A stretch of DNA of 64,000 nucleotides from positions 128,001 through 192,000 of the forward strand of contig JBBCAW010000008.1 of assembly GCA_051382295.1 (NCBI GenBank). The letters are read 5' to 3'. This DNA is from Bdellovibrionota bacterium FG-1. GTDB lineage: Bacteria; Bdellovibrionota; UBA1018. Under the pieces are notes generated by a model. That model saw only the letters and a program-made list of their open reading frames with translations. It did no database searches and had not been told where the DNA came from. This document shows, piece after piece, positions 36,668 to 47,703 of this stretch. Each line of letters opens with the position of its first letter. The first letter of the stretch is position 1. The position numbers and the translations under genes were made by a program.

Positions 36668-37270
36668 ATGAAGCAACGCTTTTGCCCGCACTGTGAGGAC
36701 GACACGAACGTAATTGAGAAGAAGGTTTCGATCCCCGTCGGGGCCGAGTCCTTCTCTATCCACACCCTAGTTTGCAAGAAATGTGGCCACTATGCCCTGA
36801 CGCCCGATCTCCGCAAGGAAATGGACCAGTGGGGCCGCAGCCTAACCAAAAACATCGTGGAACCACAGCCTGTATTCAGCGAGGCTACGCACCGTTTCGC
36901 CGAGGAGATGGCGACCCAATACGGGCTCAAACGCGTCCCATTCTTTCGCGTCTTGACGGCCTTCTATCTCAATCGTGTCGTCAACAGAGATGACTTTCAG
37001 GAACTTAAGAAATTCTGCGACGCGCACGCGCCACGGAAGCTGCTTGACGAAGGCACACGCTCCAAGGTGAGTGTGCCCATTCGGTATCTCATGTATCGGA
37101 AGCTTCAGACGTTTAGCGAGGTCTGGGAGATTTCGCATGCAAGGGCGATCGAGGAAGCCGTTCTATTTGGGCTGACGGTCTTGAGCTGCAAAGAAGCGAA
37201 TTTTGAGAAGCTTAAGACGATTGCGGATAGTCTACAGCAATATATCACGGACATTGCAGAGGCTGCATGA
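36668..37270 (+). CDS. YgiT/MqsA-type zinc-finger protein
   Basis: CPHC-x26-CKKC N-terminus, helical C-terminus. Confidence 0.65.
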   Translation: MKQRFCPHCEDDTNVIEKKVSIPVGAESFSIHTLVCKKCGHYALTPDLRKEMDQWGRSLTKNIVEPQPVFSEATHRFAEEMATQYGLKRVPFFRVLTAFYLNRVVNRDDFQELKKFCDAHAPRKLLDEGTRSKVSVPIRYLMYRKLQTFSEVWEISHARAIEEAVLFGLTVLSCKEANFEKLKTIADSLQQYITDIAEAA

Positions 37271-37464
37271 CCACTCAAGGCAAAATCATTCAAAATCAAC
37301 TTGCCGAGGATTCTGAAGAACTCCTGAAGTCAGCAATCCTTTCTAATCTTGACATGACTTTTGAAGAACGCATCAGCGCGCATGAAAATGCTCGACAACT
37401 CATGCTCGACTTAGAGGAAGCAGGAAGGGCATGGCGTGCAGCAGAATCTAAAAAGTCTACTTGA
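37267..37464 (+). CDS. Small protein, putative partner of the nucleotidyltransferase
   Basis: 65 aa, ATGA-coupled, NLDMTFEERI motif, overlaps the next gene. Confidence 0.7.
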   Translation: MTTQGKIIQNQLAEDSEELLKSAILSNLDMTFEERISAHENARQLMLDLEEAGRAWRAAESKKST

Positions 37465-37921
37465 GCGTCTCCTTTCTTTTAAGGTCGATTTCGTTCTTAT
37501 TGGTGGTTTTGCGGCCGTAATTCACGGTTCCACGCTAGTGACCCGAGACCTCGATATTTGTGCTGCCATTACTGAAACCGAAATTGCTAAACTGCGAGAT
37601 GCACTCAAAGACCTCCATCCACGTCACCGAATAAATCCGAACGCAAAGCATTCTTTCCTCGAATATCCAGCCGACATTCGCGGAACTAACAACATCTATC
37701 TTGAAACGGATCTTGGGGTTCTTGATATCCTTTCTAAAATCCCACCCGCAGGGGATTTTAACGAAATCAAGAGCCGAGCCTTTGAGATTTCGCTCTATGG
37801 ACACATATGCAAGGTGATTTCAATTGATGACCTGATCGAGATCAAGAAGGCAATGAACCGGCCGAAAGACCAGCAAGCCGTCCGAGAACTCACGTTGATC
37901 CGGCAAAAACAGAAAACCTGA
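37436..37921 (+). CDS. Pol-beta superfamily nucleotidyltransferase (DUF6036/AbiEii-like)
   Basis: LIGGFAAVIHG...TRDLDI, GVLDIL, KKAMNRPKD. Confidence 0.85.
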   Translation: MQQNLKSLLERLLSFKVDFVLIGGFAAVIHGSTLVTRDLDICAAITETEIAKLRDALKDLHPRHRINPNAKHSFLEYPADIRGTNNIYLETDLGVLDILSKIPPAGDFNEIKSRAFEISLYGHICKVISIDDLIEIKKAMNRPKDQQAVRELTLIRQKQKT

Positions 37922-37933
37922 ATCATCCCATCC

Positions 37934-37966
37934 TTGACTTCATATACGACATCTGGTATCGTATAT
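37934..37966 (+). promoter_or_regulatory. isc promoter with candidate IscR/Rrf2 operator
   Basis: TTGACT-N17-TATCGT overlapped by ATATACGA-N9-TCGTATAT. Confidence 0.7.
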
Positions 37967-38061
37967 CGGAAAGGACCAGTAAATCACCTTACTCTTGATA
38001 TCGGACTCACTTTGTCGTAGATCAGTGTCGATATCCATTTTAAGAGAAACACTCAGTTTTT

Positions 38062-38538
38062 ATGATTAAACTCAACCGAACTACTGAATACGGTTTAATG
38101 GCTCTTCGCCACATGAACCGAAAGCGCGCAGCAGCCGGAGTCGGCGAACTCTCCGAGGTGACCAGTGCCCGTGAGATTTCGGATTCTTACGGCCTTCCTT
38201 TTGAAATCACCGCCAAGACCTTGCAGCGTCTCAAGGACACCGGCTTGATTCAATCCGCGCAAGGAGCTCGCGGAGGCTATACCCTCAGTCGTTCTCTCGC
38301 GGATATCAATGTGGCGGAGTTTCTCGCGCTCATGGAAGGGCCCCAATCCGTCGTCGCGTGCGCCGGATCAATATCCCCAGACCCGGTTCATTCCACCTGT
38401 GCCTATAAGGGCCGTTGCGAAATCAAACATATGATGAACGATTTGAATTCACGTCTCTCCGGCTTTCTTGCTGGAATTAGCTTAATCGAACTCGCCCATT
38501 CTCCCCTGATTGCCCCCCCTATCGAAGAGAGGAATTAA
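38062..38538 (+). CDS. iscR: Rrf2-family regulator (IscR-like)
   Basis: TEYGLMAL, SAQGARGGYTL, three Cys; heads the isc operon. Confidence 0.82.
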   Translation: MIKLNRTTEYGLMALRHMNRKRAAAGVGELSEVTSAREISDSYGLPFEITAKTLQRLKDTGLIQSAQGARGGYTLSRSLADINVAEFLALMEGPQSVVACAGSISPDPVHSTCAYKGRCEIKHMMNDLNSRLSGFLAGISLIELAHSPLIAPPIEERN

Positions 38539-39753
38539 ATGAAACTCCCCATCTATCTCGACAATCACGCCACTACGCCGATGGATCCCGAAGTCCTCAA
38601 GGCCATGCTACCCTATTTTACCGATATTTTCGGCAACGCTTCGAGCCGCAACCACGAGTACGGCTGGACCGCTGAAGCCGCCGTCGAGCGCGGGCGCGAA
38701 CAAATTGCCAAACTCATCGGTGCTTCTGAGAAAGAAATCATTTTTACGAGCGGTGCGACTGAAAGCGACAACTTGGCCTTATTTGGTGTGGCCGAGATGT
38801 ATAGAGAAAAAGGCAACCACATCATCACCACGACCATCGAGCACAAAGCCATTCTCGATAGTGCCCATCACCTAGAAACCAAGGGCTTTGATGTAACCTA
38901 CTTGCCCGTAGACTCTTTCGGACGAGTCAGCGCCGAGGACGTCCGCAAAGCGATCACTCCACGCACCATTTTGGTATCCATCATGTTTGCCAACAACGAG
39001 GTCGGTTCGATCAACCCCATCGCCGAAATCGGCAAGGTCTGTAAAGAAAAGGGCGTCCTTTTTCACACCGACGCCGTTCAGGCCGCCGGAAAAGTCCCCG
39101 TGGATGTCAACGCCATGGGCATTGATCTCCTCTCGCTGTCGGCGCATAAAATGTACGGCCCTAAAGGAATTGGGGCACTGTATGTGCGACGCAAGAATCC
39201 GCGAGTTCGGCTCACCCCCATGATTTATGGTGGCGGACACGAGCGCGGAATGCGCTCGGGCACCCTCAACGTGCCGGGGATTGTAGGTTTTGGCAAAGCC
39301 GCTGAAATCGCGATGCGAGTCATGACCCAAGAATCCCAACGAATCCAGGAATTGCGCGATCGGATGTGGAACGCGCTCGGGACGCAGCTCGACGAGATTT
39401 ACCTGAATGGTCACCCCACCGAACGTCTGGCAGGTAACCTTAATGTCAGCTTTGCTTATGTCGAGGGAGAATCCTTGATGATGGGCATGAAAGAACTGGC
39501 CGTATCGAGCGGCTCAGCCTGTACCTCGGCGAGCCTAGAGCCGTCATATGTGCTCAAAGCCTTGGGAGTCGGTGAGGATCTCGCGCATACCAGCATCCGT
39601 TTTGGCTTGGGCCGTTTTACGACGGCAGAAGAAATCGATTTCGCAGTCAAGAAAGTGGTGAGCACGGTTCGTAAACTTCGGGATCTTTCGCCGCTTTACG
39701 AAATGGTTAAAGACGGGGTCGACCTCAAGAACGTCCAATGGACCGCGCACTAA
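38539..39753 (+). CDS. iscS: Cysteine desulfurase
   Basis: [27 protein letters not shown]. Confidence 0.97.
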   Translation: MKLPIYLDNHATTPMDPEVLKAMLPYFTDIFGNASSRNHEYGWTAEAAVERGREQIAKLIGASEKEIIFTSGATESDNLALFGVAEMYREKGNHIITTTIEHKAILDSAHHLETKGFDVTYLPVDSFGRVSAEDVRKAITPRTILVSIMFANNEVGSINPIAEIGKVCKEKGVLFHTDAVQAAGKVPVDVNAMGIDLLSLSAHKMYGPKGIGALYVRRKNPRVRLTPMIYGGGHERGMRSGTLNVPGIVGFGKAAEIAMRVMTQESQRIQELRDRMWNALGTQLDEIYLNGHPTERLAGNLNVSFAYVEGESLMMGMKELAVSSGSACTSASLEPSYVLKALGVGEDLAHTSIRFGLGRFTTAEEIDFAVKKVVSTVRKLRDLSPLYEMVKDGVDLKNVQWTAH

Positions 39754-39772
39754 AGAAAGAGGATTTTAAACC

Positions 39773-40165
39773 ATGGCATACACCGAAAAAGTCGTAAAAC
39801 ACTTCGAAAATCCAGTAAACGTCGGCTCGCTCGACAAAAGTAAAACCAATGTTGGCACTGGCTTAGTCGGTGCCCCCGAGTGTGGCGATGTCATGAAGCT
39901 GCAGGTCGAGATTGACGAAGTCACGGGCATCATTAAAGACGCCAAATTTAAGACCTTTGGCTGCGGGAGCGCCATTGCGAGTTCGTCGCTCGCCACCGAG
40001 TGGATTAAGGGTAAAACCATCGATCAGGCCTTAGCGATCAAAAACACGGATTTTGTGCAGGAGCTTTCGCTTCCGCCGATCAAAATCCATTGCTCGGTTT
40101 TAGCCGAAGACGCAATTAAAGCCGCCATCGGTGATTATTTGAAAAAGAAAAAGGAGGCTCGCTGA
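39773..40165 (+). CDS. iscU: Fe-S scaffold
   Basis: GAPECGD, FGCGSA, LPPIKIHCS. Confidence 0.96.
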   Translation: MAYTEKVVKHFENPVNVGSLDKSKTNVGTGLVGAPECGDVMKLQVEIDEVTGIIKDAKFKTFGCGSAIASSSLATEWIKGKTIDQALAIKNTDFVQELSLPPIKIHCSVLAEDAIKAAIGDYLKKKKEAR

Positions 40166-40181
40166 TCGCGCGTTCATCTTT

Positions 40182-40511
40182 ATGATTAATATTACCGAAA
40201 AAGCAGTCAAGGAAATCAAACGAATCCAAGCCAATGACCCCGCCGGCAGCGAGGCCGCCCTTCGAGTACAAGTCGTAGGCGGTGGATGCTCAGGCATGAG
40301 TTATAAACTCGATTTTGATAAAGCGCCCGCAAGGACCAATGATAAAACCTTTGAAAAAGAGGGCATCAAAATCATCGTGGATGCCAAATCGTTTTTATTT
40401 TTGAACGGCATAGAACTTGATTTTTCTGACGGCCTGAACGGAACCGGCTTTACCTTCAATAATCCCAATGCAAAACGAACCTGTGGCTGTGGAACCAGTT
40501 TTTCAGCATAA
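40182..40511 (+). CDS. iscA: A-type Fe-S carrier
   Basis: GGCSG, CGCGTSF. Confidence 0.92.
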   Translation: MINITEKAVKEIKRIQANDPAGSEAALRVQVVGGGCSGMSYKLDFDKAPARTNDKTFEKEGIKIIVDAKSFLFLNGIELDFSDGLNGTGFTFNNPNAKRTCGCGTSFSA

Positions 40512-41133
40512 GGCCGGCCAAACGCCGGATTTTTTCGAGCTTTTTAGCTTGAAGCGTCGATTTCAAATCGATCGCCAAGCACTCGAACGTCGATTTTACG
40601 AACTTTCCAGAAATTCCCATCCGGATCGATTTACCACCGCGAGCCCCGATCGAAAATGTCAAGCCATGGAGCAAATGACACTGCTCAACGACGCCTATCG
40701 CACACTCAAGGATCCCAGCGCCCTTCGACGGTACTACCTTCAATTGGAAGGTTTTGACACCCCTTCTGAACAACCTCATGCTCCCGGATGTGTGACCGGC
40801 ATTTCCGTGCAAACGACCCGGGCCGTTCCCGGCGAGAGCATTCCAATCGACTTAGCGGAAAGCTGGTTTGATTTACAGGATGCACTTTTAGAAGATCCCG
40901 GTGCCAGCTCCTCAAAAATTGCCGAATTTGAGGGACATTTGGCCACCTTGAGTAAAAAAGCGATCGAACTCCTCAATGAAATTGAGCAAACAATCGACGG
41001 TACCGCGGATACCCAAGGCTGTGCCCCCCGTGAGTTGTTCGAGAAACTGGCGCAAGAAGTCCGCGCGCAGAGTTATTTTAAGTCTATGAAAAGGGACGTA
41101 GAACGAATCAAGAAACGGCTCTCCTCACCATGA
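40468..41133 (+). CDS. hscB: Fe-S co-chaperone (J-domain)
   Basis: DFFELF...HPDRF...[11 protein letters not shown]; operon position; start overlaps iscA. Confidence 0.85.
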   Translation: MQNEPVAVEPVFQHKAGQTPDFFELFSLKRRFQIDRQALERRFYELSRNSHPDRFTTASPDRKCQAMEQMTLLNDAYRTLKDPSALRRYYLQLEGFDTPSEQPHAPGCVTGISVQTTRAVPGESIPIDLAESWFDLQDALLEDPGASSSKIAEFEGHLATLSKKAIELLNEIEQTIDGTADTQGCAPRELFEKLAQEVRAQSYFKSMKRDVERIKKRLSSP

Positions 41134-42956
41134 ATCACATTCAAACCACAACCCCCATTGTCGGGATCGACTTAGGAACCACCAATAGTTTAGTCGCCAT
41201 TGTACGCGATGGCATTCCCGTCGTGTTAGATACGAGACAAGGCGGGCATCTGGTACCCTCAGTCGTTTCACTGATCGGAGAGACGCCGTTGGTGGGCAAT
41301 GAGGCTAAGCGACTTAAAGTGCGTGATGCGGCTCATACGGTATTTTCAGTCAAACGCTTGCTCGGGCGTGGATTTGATGACCTCAAAGAAGTGGCAGGCC
41401 AACTTCCTTATGAAATCGTACCCTCCGAGGGTATTGCGCGAATTCGGGTGGGTCAGCGCGAGTTCACGGCCATTGATATTTCTGCCATGATTTTGAGAGA
41501 ACTCAAAGCGGGTGCCGAAAAGGCCCTCGGCCAACCGGTCACCAAAGCCGTACTTACCGTGCCCGCTTACTTTAACGATAGCCAACGTCAAGCCACTCGT
41601 ACGGCCGGACGGTTGGCAGGCCTCGACATTCTGAGAATAGTCAACGAGCCGACTGCCGCAGCCTTGGCTTATGGGCTGGACCGCAAAAAACAAGGGCTCA
41701 TTGCCGTTTACGATTTAGGCGGCGGCACTTTTGATGTTTCCATCCTCAAGCTCCAGGATGGTGTTTTTGAAGTTCTCGCCACCAACGGCAACACCGCACT
41801 CGGGGGTGACGACCTCGATCTGGCTCTCGCCCATGTGGTCGCAACCGCCATCAAAGACCAATGGGGTATCGATCCGTGGGCTGACATCGGCTTGAAAGCC
41901 TCACTGCTAGAATCAGCCGAAAACTGCAAGATCGCGCTTTCGACTCAGAAAGAGGCGACGTTTTTTCTGAAATACGAAAAACGAAAAATAGAAAAAAAAT
42001 TCACGCGTTCTGAATTTGAGGCATTGGTCCGCCCCATCCTTGAAAGAACCTGCGAACCTTGCCTCATGGCTCTCCGAGATGCGGGCATTGAACTCTCCGA
42101 ACTTTCGGATCTGGTGATGGTAGGCGGTCCCACTCGGCTCAATATTGTGCAACAGGTGGCTCGCGAAATTTTTCAGCGCGAACCCAACACCTCGGTCCAT
42201 CCAGATGAGGTCGTTGCTGCCGGCGCCGCAATTCAAGCTGATATCCTAGCGGGTCATAATCAGGATTTATTGCTTCTGGATGTTGTTCCGCTCAGCCTAG
42301 GACTTGAAACCTATGGCGGCCTGATGGCGACGCTTATTTCACGAAATACGCGAGTACCAACCGTGGCTCGTGAGGTCTTTACGACTTTTGTGGACAATCA
42401 AACCGGAGTGGATATCCACGTCTTGCAAGGCGAACGAGAGAAGGTTGCGGATAACCGCAGCTTGGCCCGCTTCAAACTGATGGGCATTCAACCGCAGCCC
42501 GCTGGGCTGCCTCGGATCCAGGTCACCCTCCTGATCGATGCCGATGGAATTCTTCAGGTGGCCGCGCGGGATCTCAAGACCGACCGCGAAGCCTCAATCG
42601 AAGTGCGTCCGAGCTTTGGGCTCACTGATGCCGAAGTCGAGAAAATGCTCGCGGCCAGCGCCCAGCACGCGGCCGAAGACCTCGCCTACCGGCGACTCGT
42701 TGAAGCGCGCACGAATGCGGAGCCCGTTCTTCGAGCCTCTGAAAAAGCTTGGACGGAGAACCAGCAGCTCTTGCCGCCTCAGGAAGCCGCCGAAATTCGA
42801 TCCTGTTTAGATGAATTACATCAGGCAATGGGCCAAACTGATCCCGAGGCCGTTCAAAAGGCTAACTTTCGCTTGAGCCGCTCGACCAATCGACTCGCGA
42901 ATCTCATTCTAAAAAACGCGATTAATCAAGCCAAGACACAGGAACCGCAGGAATAA
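41130..42956 (+). CDS. hscA: Fe-S chaperone Hsp70
   Basis: [31 protein letters not shown]; isc context. Confidence 0.93.
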   Translation: MNHIQTTTPIVGIDLGTTNSLVAIVRDGIPVVLDTRQGGHLVPSVVSLIGETPLVGNEAKRLKVRDAAHTVFSVKRLLGRGFDDLKEVAGQLPYEIVPSEGIARIRVGQREFTAIDISAMILRELKAGAEKALGQPVTKAVLTVPAYFNDSQRQATRTAGRLAGLDILRIVNEPTAAALAYGLDRKKQGLIAVYDLGGGTFDVSILKLQDGVFEVLATNGNTALGGDDLDLALAHVVATAIKDQWGIDPWADIGLKASLLESAENCKIALSTQKEATFFLKYEKRKIEKKFTRSEFEALVRPILERTCEPCLMALRDAGIELSELSDLVMVGGPTRLNIVQQVAREIFQREPNTSVHPDEVVAAGAAIQADILAGHNQDLLLLDVVPLSLGLETYGGLMATLISRNTRVPTVAREVFTTFVDNQTGVDIHVLQGEREKVADNRSLARFKLMGIQPQPAGLPRIQVTLLIDADGILQVAARDLKTDREASIEVRPSFGLTDAEVEKMLAASAQHAAEDLAYRRLVEARTNAEPVLRASEKAWTENQQLLPPQEAAEIRSCLDELHQAMGQTDPEAVQKANFRLSRSTNRLANLILKNAINQAKTQEPQE

Positions 42957-42961
42957 AGCCC

Positions 42962-43258
42962 ATGCCAAAAGTCACTTTCATGCCCATGAACCAAAGTTTC
43001 GAAGCCAGCGCGGGAGACAGCCTTCTCGACGTAGCCCTTCAACATGACGTCCCCATGCAGCACGCCTGCGGAGGCTTTTGTGCTTGCACCACCTGCCATG
43101 TCGTTGTTCAATCGGGCGAGGACCAACTTTCGGATATCGAGGCAGACGAAGAGGAACGCCTGGATCGAGCGATGGGCATTACGCTGCACTCTCGCCTAGG
43201 CTGTCAGGCGAAAATTAAAGGCGACGTCGTGGTTGAGATTCAAAACATCGGGAGCTGA
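42962..43258 (+). CDS. fdx: 2Fe-2S ferredoxin (ISC type)
   Basis: HACGGFCACTTCH...RLGCQ. Confidence 0.93.
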   Translation: MPKVTFMPMNQSFEASAGDSLLDVALQHDVPMQHACGGFCACTTCHVVVQSGEDQLSDIEADEEERLDRAMGITLHSRLGCQAKIKGDVVVEIQNIGS

Positions 43259-43264
43259 CATTGC

Positions 43265-44857
43265 ATGTTTCGTAAAATCGGCATTGCCGGGTTAGCGTTG
43301 GCCCTATGTGCCACTTTTGTGGGCTACCGGGAACACCGGGCCAAGGCCGCTAATACCCTTTCACCGGATTCTTCTAAAATTTTTACACTTCGAATTCAAG
43401 GGGAACCTGAAACCTTGGATTGGAACAAAGCCCATACTCCCATTGAGACTTACATTCTGATGAATTTGATGGAGGGGCTAATCACTTACGATTCAAGTCT
43501 CAAGCCCATTCCTTCACTTGCTCAAAGCTGGACCATCAGCCCCGATGGACGCACCTATACTTTCAAACTTCGTGCTGGCGTCAAGTGGTCAGACGGCGTT
43601 CTTTTACGCGCGCAGGATTTTGTCTATAGCTGGAAGCGTCTTTTGTCTCCGATGACTGCGGCTTCTTATGCTTATTTTTTGTTTGATATCGAAGGAGCCG
43701 AATACTTCAACAAAGGCGCCATTCACGATTTCAATCAGGTCGGTGTCAAGGCGATTGATGACCTGACCTTACAGGTCAAACTCACCCGCCCCGTCGCTCA
43801 CTGGATTCATATTCCGACGTTTTGGGTGACCTTTCCTCTCCGCGAAGACGTGATCGAAAAATTTGGCGCCGCTTGGGATACTCCAGGCAGAATGGTTAAC
43901 CTGGGCCCCTACAGTTTGGTCACCCATGATTATGATTCCAAAATAGTTCTAAAAGCCAACCCGCTCTACTGGGGTACCCGCGGCAACATCGATCAAGTCG
44001 TCTGCCAAATCGTCAAGGACGACTCCACAGCCCTCAGCCTCTACGAGTCGGGCAAACTCGACTTTTTAACGGACATTTCAACGCTTGACCTCCGACGCCT
44101 AGCCGGAAGGCCAGAGCTGAAAACTTTTCCCTATCTCAAAACAGGATACCTCGGTTTTGTCACGACCAAATACCCCTTGACGAACCTCAAAGTGCGCAAG
44201 GCCATTGCGATGGCGATCGATAAAGCCAAATTAGGCGACATCCTTCATGGAGGTCAAAAATTGGCGGGTTCATTAGTCCCGCCCCAAATGCTCGGCCACC
44301 AACCCAGCTTCGGACTCCCTTTTGACGTCATCCGGGCCAAAGCCGAATTGAGGACCTCTGGGCTCGATCTCAGTAAACCGCTTGCGATCGAGCTCCTGCT
44401 CCCGAACTGGGATAAACAGCTCACGCTTGCGCAATTTATGCAAAATGAGCTCAAGAAAAACCTCGGCATCAAGGTCACTCTTCAGCCTTTTGATAACAAA
44501 ACCTTTCGCGCCCAATTGGATCTTCGAACCTTTCCGCTTTTTGAGGCAAGTTGGAGCGCGGATTACCCGGACCCGGATAATTTTTTGTCCGTTTTCTTAG
44601 GCTCATCTGGAAATAATCGCACGAACTGGAAGAGCGAAAAGTTTGACGAACTTGTCATTTCGGCCCGTAATCATATGGATATCAAAGAACGCGCCAAGCT
44701 CTATTTAGCCGCACAGAAAATGCTCATTGAGGACGAGGCCATTATTGTGCCGCTGTACTACGAACCCAATATGGCGCTTGTGCGAGCTCGGGTGAAAAAT
44801 CTGGAACTCAATCCACTCAATTACTTACTGCTACGTAAAGTACTGTTGGCGAATTAA
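43265..44857 (+). CDS. Peptide ABC transporter substrate-binding protein (OppA-like)
   Basis: GEPETLD, MEGL, KWSDG, WSADYPDP. Confidence 0.92.
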   Translation: MFRKIGIAGLALALCATFVGYREHRAKAANTLSPDSSKIFTLRIQGEPETLDWNKAHTPIETYILMNLMEGLITYDSSLKPIPSLAQSWTISPDGRTYTFKLRAGVKWSDGVLLRAQDFVYSWKRLLSPMTAASYAYFLFDIEGAEYFNKGAIHDFNQVGVKAIDDLTLQVKLTRPVAHWIHIPTFWVTFPLREDVIEKFGAAWDTPGRMVNLGPYSLVTHDYDSKIVLKANPLYWGTRGNIDQVVCQIVKDDSTALSLYESGKLDFLTDISTLDLRRLAGRPELKTFPYLKTGYLGFVTTKYPLTNLKVRKAIAMAIDKAKLGDILHGGQKLAGSLVPPQMLGHQPSFGLPFDVIRAKAELRTSGLDLSKPLAIELLLPNWDKQLTLAQFMQNELKKNLGIKVTLQPFDNKTFRAQLDLRTFPLFEASWSADYPDPDNFLSVFLGSSGNNRTNWKSEKFDELVISARNHMDIKERAKLYLAAQKMLIEDEAIIVPLYYEPNMALVRARVKNLELNPLNYLLLRKVLLAN

Positions 44858-45747
44858 CTGGTCGCTACCCCAACGCCGAGTTCGAGGTAAGTCTCACGCC
44901 CCTGCGCGGTGTTGGCGAGGATATCCGAATCCACCCGCCACCGTCCCGTCTGACCCAGCAAGATGACCGTCGAGGCTCCAAACAAGAAGTACCCCTTCTC
45001 ATCCCCGCGCGTAAAAGGTTGGTTCGACTCGTGCGTTTGCATAATCCGCCCCACACACATGGCTCCCACTTCAATGTAGGCAAGCTTTCCAAATTCTTTG
45101 GTATCCAAAATCGAAACGACGCGCTCATTCGTGCATAAAACAGCGCCGTGAGCATGGAGCGCCATCGGGTTGACCGAATGTAATTTACCGGGGAGCCGAT
45201 ACTGCTCCAATGTTCTTCCATCCGTCGGATAATGAAAGCGATGGTAATCGACTGGACAAAGACGCGCAATCAACAGTGGACCGCCCTCGAACTCCTGCGC
45301 AAGGTCCGCGCGTTCCAACAAGGTCCGCGCGGTGAGATACTGCCCCTTCACCGGATAAGTCTGCTCAAGCGAAATTTTGTCCCATCCTAGGTAGCGGGCT
45401 TCGGCAAATGCGCCCAACCGCTTGGGATCTGAAATGAACGGACGCACTCCAGGCCTAAAACGACGAATGAAAAATTCGTTGAACGTCTTGAACCGAGTGT
45501 CTTCATAGAGTTCCATTGGAATCTTGAAATGTTCAACAAATGAAGCAATTTTACGACGACTCAACGACGAAGACTGAAGAACACCATAAAGTCGACTCAG
45601 CCAATAACCCGCCAGCACGCGGTCTGCAAAAAACTTACCGAGCGTGTTTCCATAGAGCAGCCGGACAAAGGTCTCACCGTATACCTGTTCGGTTTCTTCG
45701 CATTTTTTAGCGCGGTTCCAATACCTAATTTGCATCATTACGCTCAT
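44854..45747 (-). CDS. psd: Phosphatidylserine decarboxylase
   Basis: FNEFFIR, RLCPVDYHRFH, SVNP, NER, FGASTV; TAATG coupling to proC. Confidence 0.92.
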   Translation of the reverse strand: MSVMMQIRYWNRAKKCEETEQVYGETFVRLLYGNTLGKFFADRVLAGYWLSRLYGVLQSSSLSRRKIASFVEHFKIPMELYEDTRFKTFNEFFIRRFRPGVRPFISDPKRLGAFAEARYLGWDKISLEQTYPVKGQYLTARTLLERADLAQEFEGGPLLIARLCPVDYHRFHYPTDGRTLEQYRLPGKLHSVNPMALHAHGAVLCTNERVVSILDTKEFGKLAYIEVGAMCVGRIMQTHESNQPFTRGDEKGYFLFGASTVILLGQTGRWRVDSDILANTAQGRETYLELGVGVATS

Positions 45748-46547
45748 TACACTCCGCGAAGACTCTTGCTTCGCTTGGTGGCCGCCAAAACCGCCTTGAT
45801 CAAAGTCACGCGCAGCTTTCCTTCTTCCAAGGCCATCAACCCATCGATGGTACATCCGGCCGGCGTGGTCACTTCGTCTTTGAGTGCCGCCGGATGCACG
45901 CCACGATCCAAAACCATTTGCGAAGCACCCGCCAAAGTTTGCGCTGCAAGCAAGGTCGCAGTCTCGCGTTTAAGACCGATTTTAACGCCGGCTTCACTCA
46001 GCGCTTCAATGATCAGGTACACATAAGCGGGGCCACAACCACTGAGTCCCGTTACCCCGTCCATGAGTGACTCTTCGACAGTAGCCGTGAGCCCCAATGG
46101 ACCAAAAATTTGCTCGGCCAGTTTAAAATGCTCTTTCAGCGCGCCGGGGCCCGCGCAAAAAACGGTCATCCCCTTGCCGATCAAACAAGGGGTATTGGGC
46201 ATGGCTCGAATAATAGCCGCTTTTCCACCCGACCACTGAACCAACTGTTCGGTCGTAATGGAAGCACAGATCGATAAAAGGAGTTGTCCCTTCGTTAAGG
46301 CCGGGGCGATTTCGCGCGCGACTTTTTCAGCCTGATGCGGCTTCACACAAAGAAGCACCACATCCGCGTCGTGCACTGCCTGAACACTATCCGTAGTACA
46401 ATGAACTTTAAGCCGCTCGACCACCCCTTGAGCGCTTTCAGGAGTTCGAGTGGAACCTCGAATCGAAAGCCCGGGAATCCGCTGTTTTAAAAGCCCTTGC
46501 GCCACGGCCTCACCCATTTTACCCATTCCGATGATTCCGATTTTCAT
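45747..46547 (-). CDS. proC: Pyrroline-5-carboxylate reductase
   Basis: GMGKMG, RAMPNTP, SGCGPAY, VTTPAGCT. Confidence 0.95.
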   Translation of the reverse strand: MKIGIIGMGKMGEAVAQGLLKQRIPGLSIRGSTRTPESAQGVVERLKVHCTTDSVQAVHDADVVLLCVKPHQAEKVAREIAPALTKGQLLLSICASITTEQLVQWSGGKAAIIRAMPNTPCLIGKGMTVFCAGPGALKEHFKLAEQIFGPLGLTATVEESLMDGVTGLSGCGPAYVYLIIEALSEAGVKIGLKRETATLLAAQTLAGASQMVLDRGVHPAALKDEVTTPAGCTIDGLMALEEGKLRVTLIKAVLAATKRSKSLRGV

Positions 46548-46565
46548 AAGATAGCTCCGTGAAAT

Positions 46566-47117
46566 TTATTCAAGATAGGGACCGAGACCCTGGGCTTTAC
46601 GAATGGCGTCCGCCACCTCGCGAACCGCCCCCCAACCGCCGAGAGACTCCGTCACATAGTGGGCGCGACGTTTGACTGGATCCACGGCATGAGGAACCGT
46701 GGCGCTAAAGCCGACTTTCTCAATCACCGGAATATCAAAGAGGTCATCGCCCATGAACGCCATCTGCTCAAGCGCAAGTCCCGTCGTGACAATGATCTTA
46801 TCAAGGGCCTTGAGCTTGTCCTCATCGCCCAAGAACACGTGTTTGATTTTCAAGAACTCCATGCGCGTGCGCACATCTTTGGAGTCCCCCCCGCTAATAA
46901 TGGCGACGTCGATCCCGCACTTCATCAGAATTTTAAGGCCATAACCATCTTTGATATGAAAGTGCCGAGTCCAACCATGCCCGTCGAGCCAAAAGATGCG
47001 GCCATCGGTCATCACGCCGTCGACATCGAGAATGAGTAGGCGAATTTTTTTCAATCGATTTTGAATATCGGTGGTTTCTAGGAGTTTCGATGCGGCTACA
47101 GAACTAGGCGGTATCAT
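46566..47117 (-). CDS. kdsC: KDO-8-phosphate phosphatase (HAD)
   Basis: DVDGVMTDG, KDGYG, GDDLFD, GGWGAVRE. Confidence 0.9.
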   Translation of the reverse strand: MIPPSSVAASKLLETTDIQNRLKKIRLLILDVDGVMTDGRIFWLDGHGWTRHFHIKDGYGLKILMKCGIDVAIISGGDSKDVRTRMEFLKIKHVFLGDEDKLKALDKIIVTTGLALEQMAFMGDDLFDIPVIEKVGFSATVPHAVDPVKRRAHYVTESLGGWGAVREVADAIRKAQGLGPYLE

Positions 47118-47204
47118 TTGAATTCAGCTTATCGAAAAGAAGCTATTAAAACCAACGATTTATGTGTTCTTGACTTATTTGGTTTATTATTGTAAATCAG
47201 ATCA

Positions 47205-47690
47205 ATGCTTCGCCCCGAGTTCTTAAAACGAATCTTCGGTTTGCTTTTGATTTTGCTCATTTGTGGGGGAGCCCTGTTTGGACTCTTTGGAACAGAACAC
47301 TGGGGTCTTCCATCACCCATGATCTCATCAACTCCAAGTGTCGTCGCAGAATCACAAAAAACATTGCCGCCATCAGAGGAAGCCGGCTCGTTGCCGACTG
47401 CATCCCCAATCGAAGAAGACCAAGACTCCATCGTCGCCTTTGCGCATAGCCAAGCCGGAATAATGCAAGAGGCTTTGGAATCCGAAACCGCCGCTACGGC
47501 GGTGTTTACCAAACTCGAAACCTGTGTCAACTCGGCTTCGGGTCAAATCACCAATCAGGAGCGACTGATCTGCCTGGCCAATGCAAAGCGCTTGGCCGAG
47601 GACTATTCGGAGAAACTGGGCGCACGATTCAACCGTCTAGGTAGCCAGCACCCCCAGTTGATAGGCACGCTGGAGGCTACGGGGTTGTAG
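47205..47690 (+). CDS. Hypothetical membrane-anchored protein
   Basis: N-terminal TM helix, acidic linker, Cys pair. Confidence 0.65.
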   Translation: MLRPEFLKRIFGLLLILLICGGALFGLFGTEHWGLPSPMISSTPSVVAESQKTLPPSEEAGSLPTASPIEEDQDSIVAFAHSQAGIMQEALESETAATAVFTKLETCVNSASGQITNQERLICLANAKRLAEDYSEKLGARFNRLGSQHPQLIGTLEATGL

Positions 47691-47703
47691 GTTTGGGAGC
47701 GCC

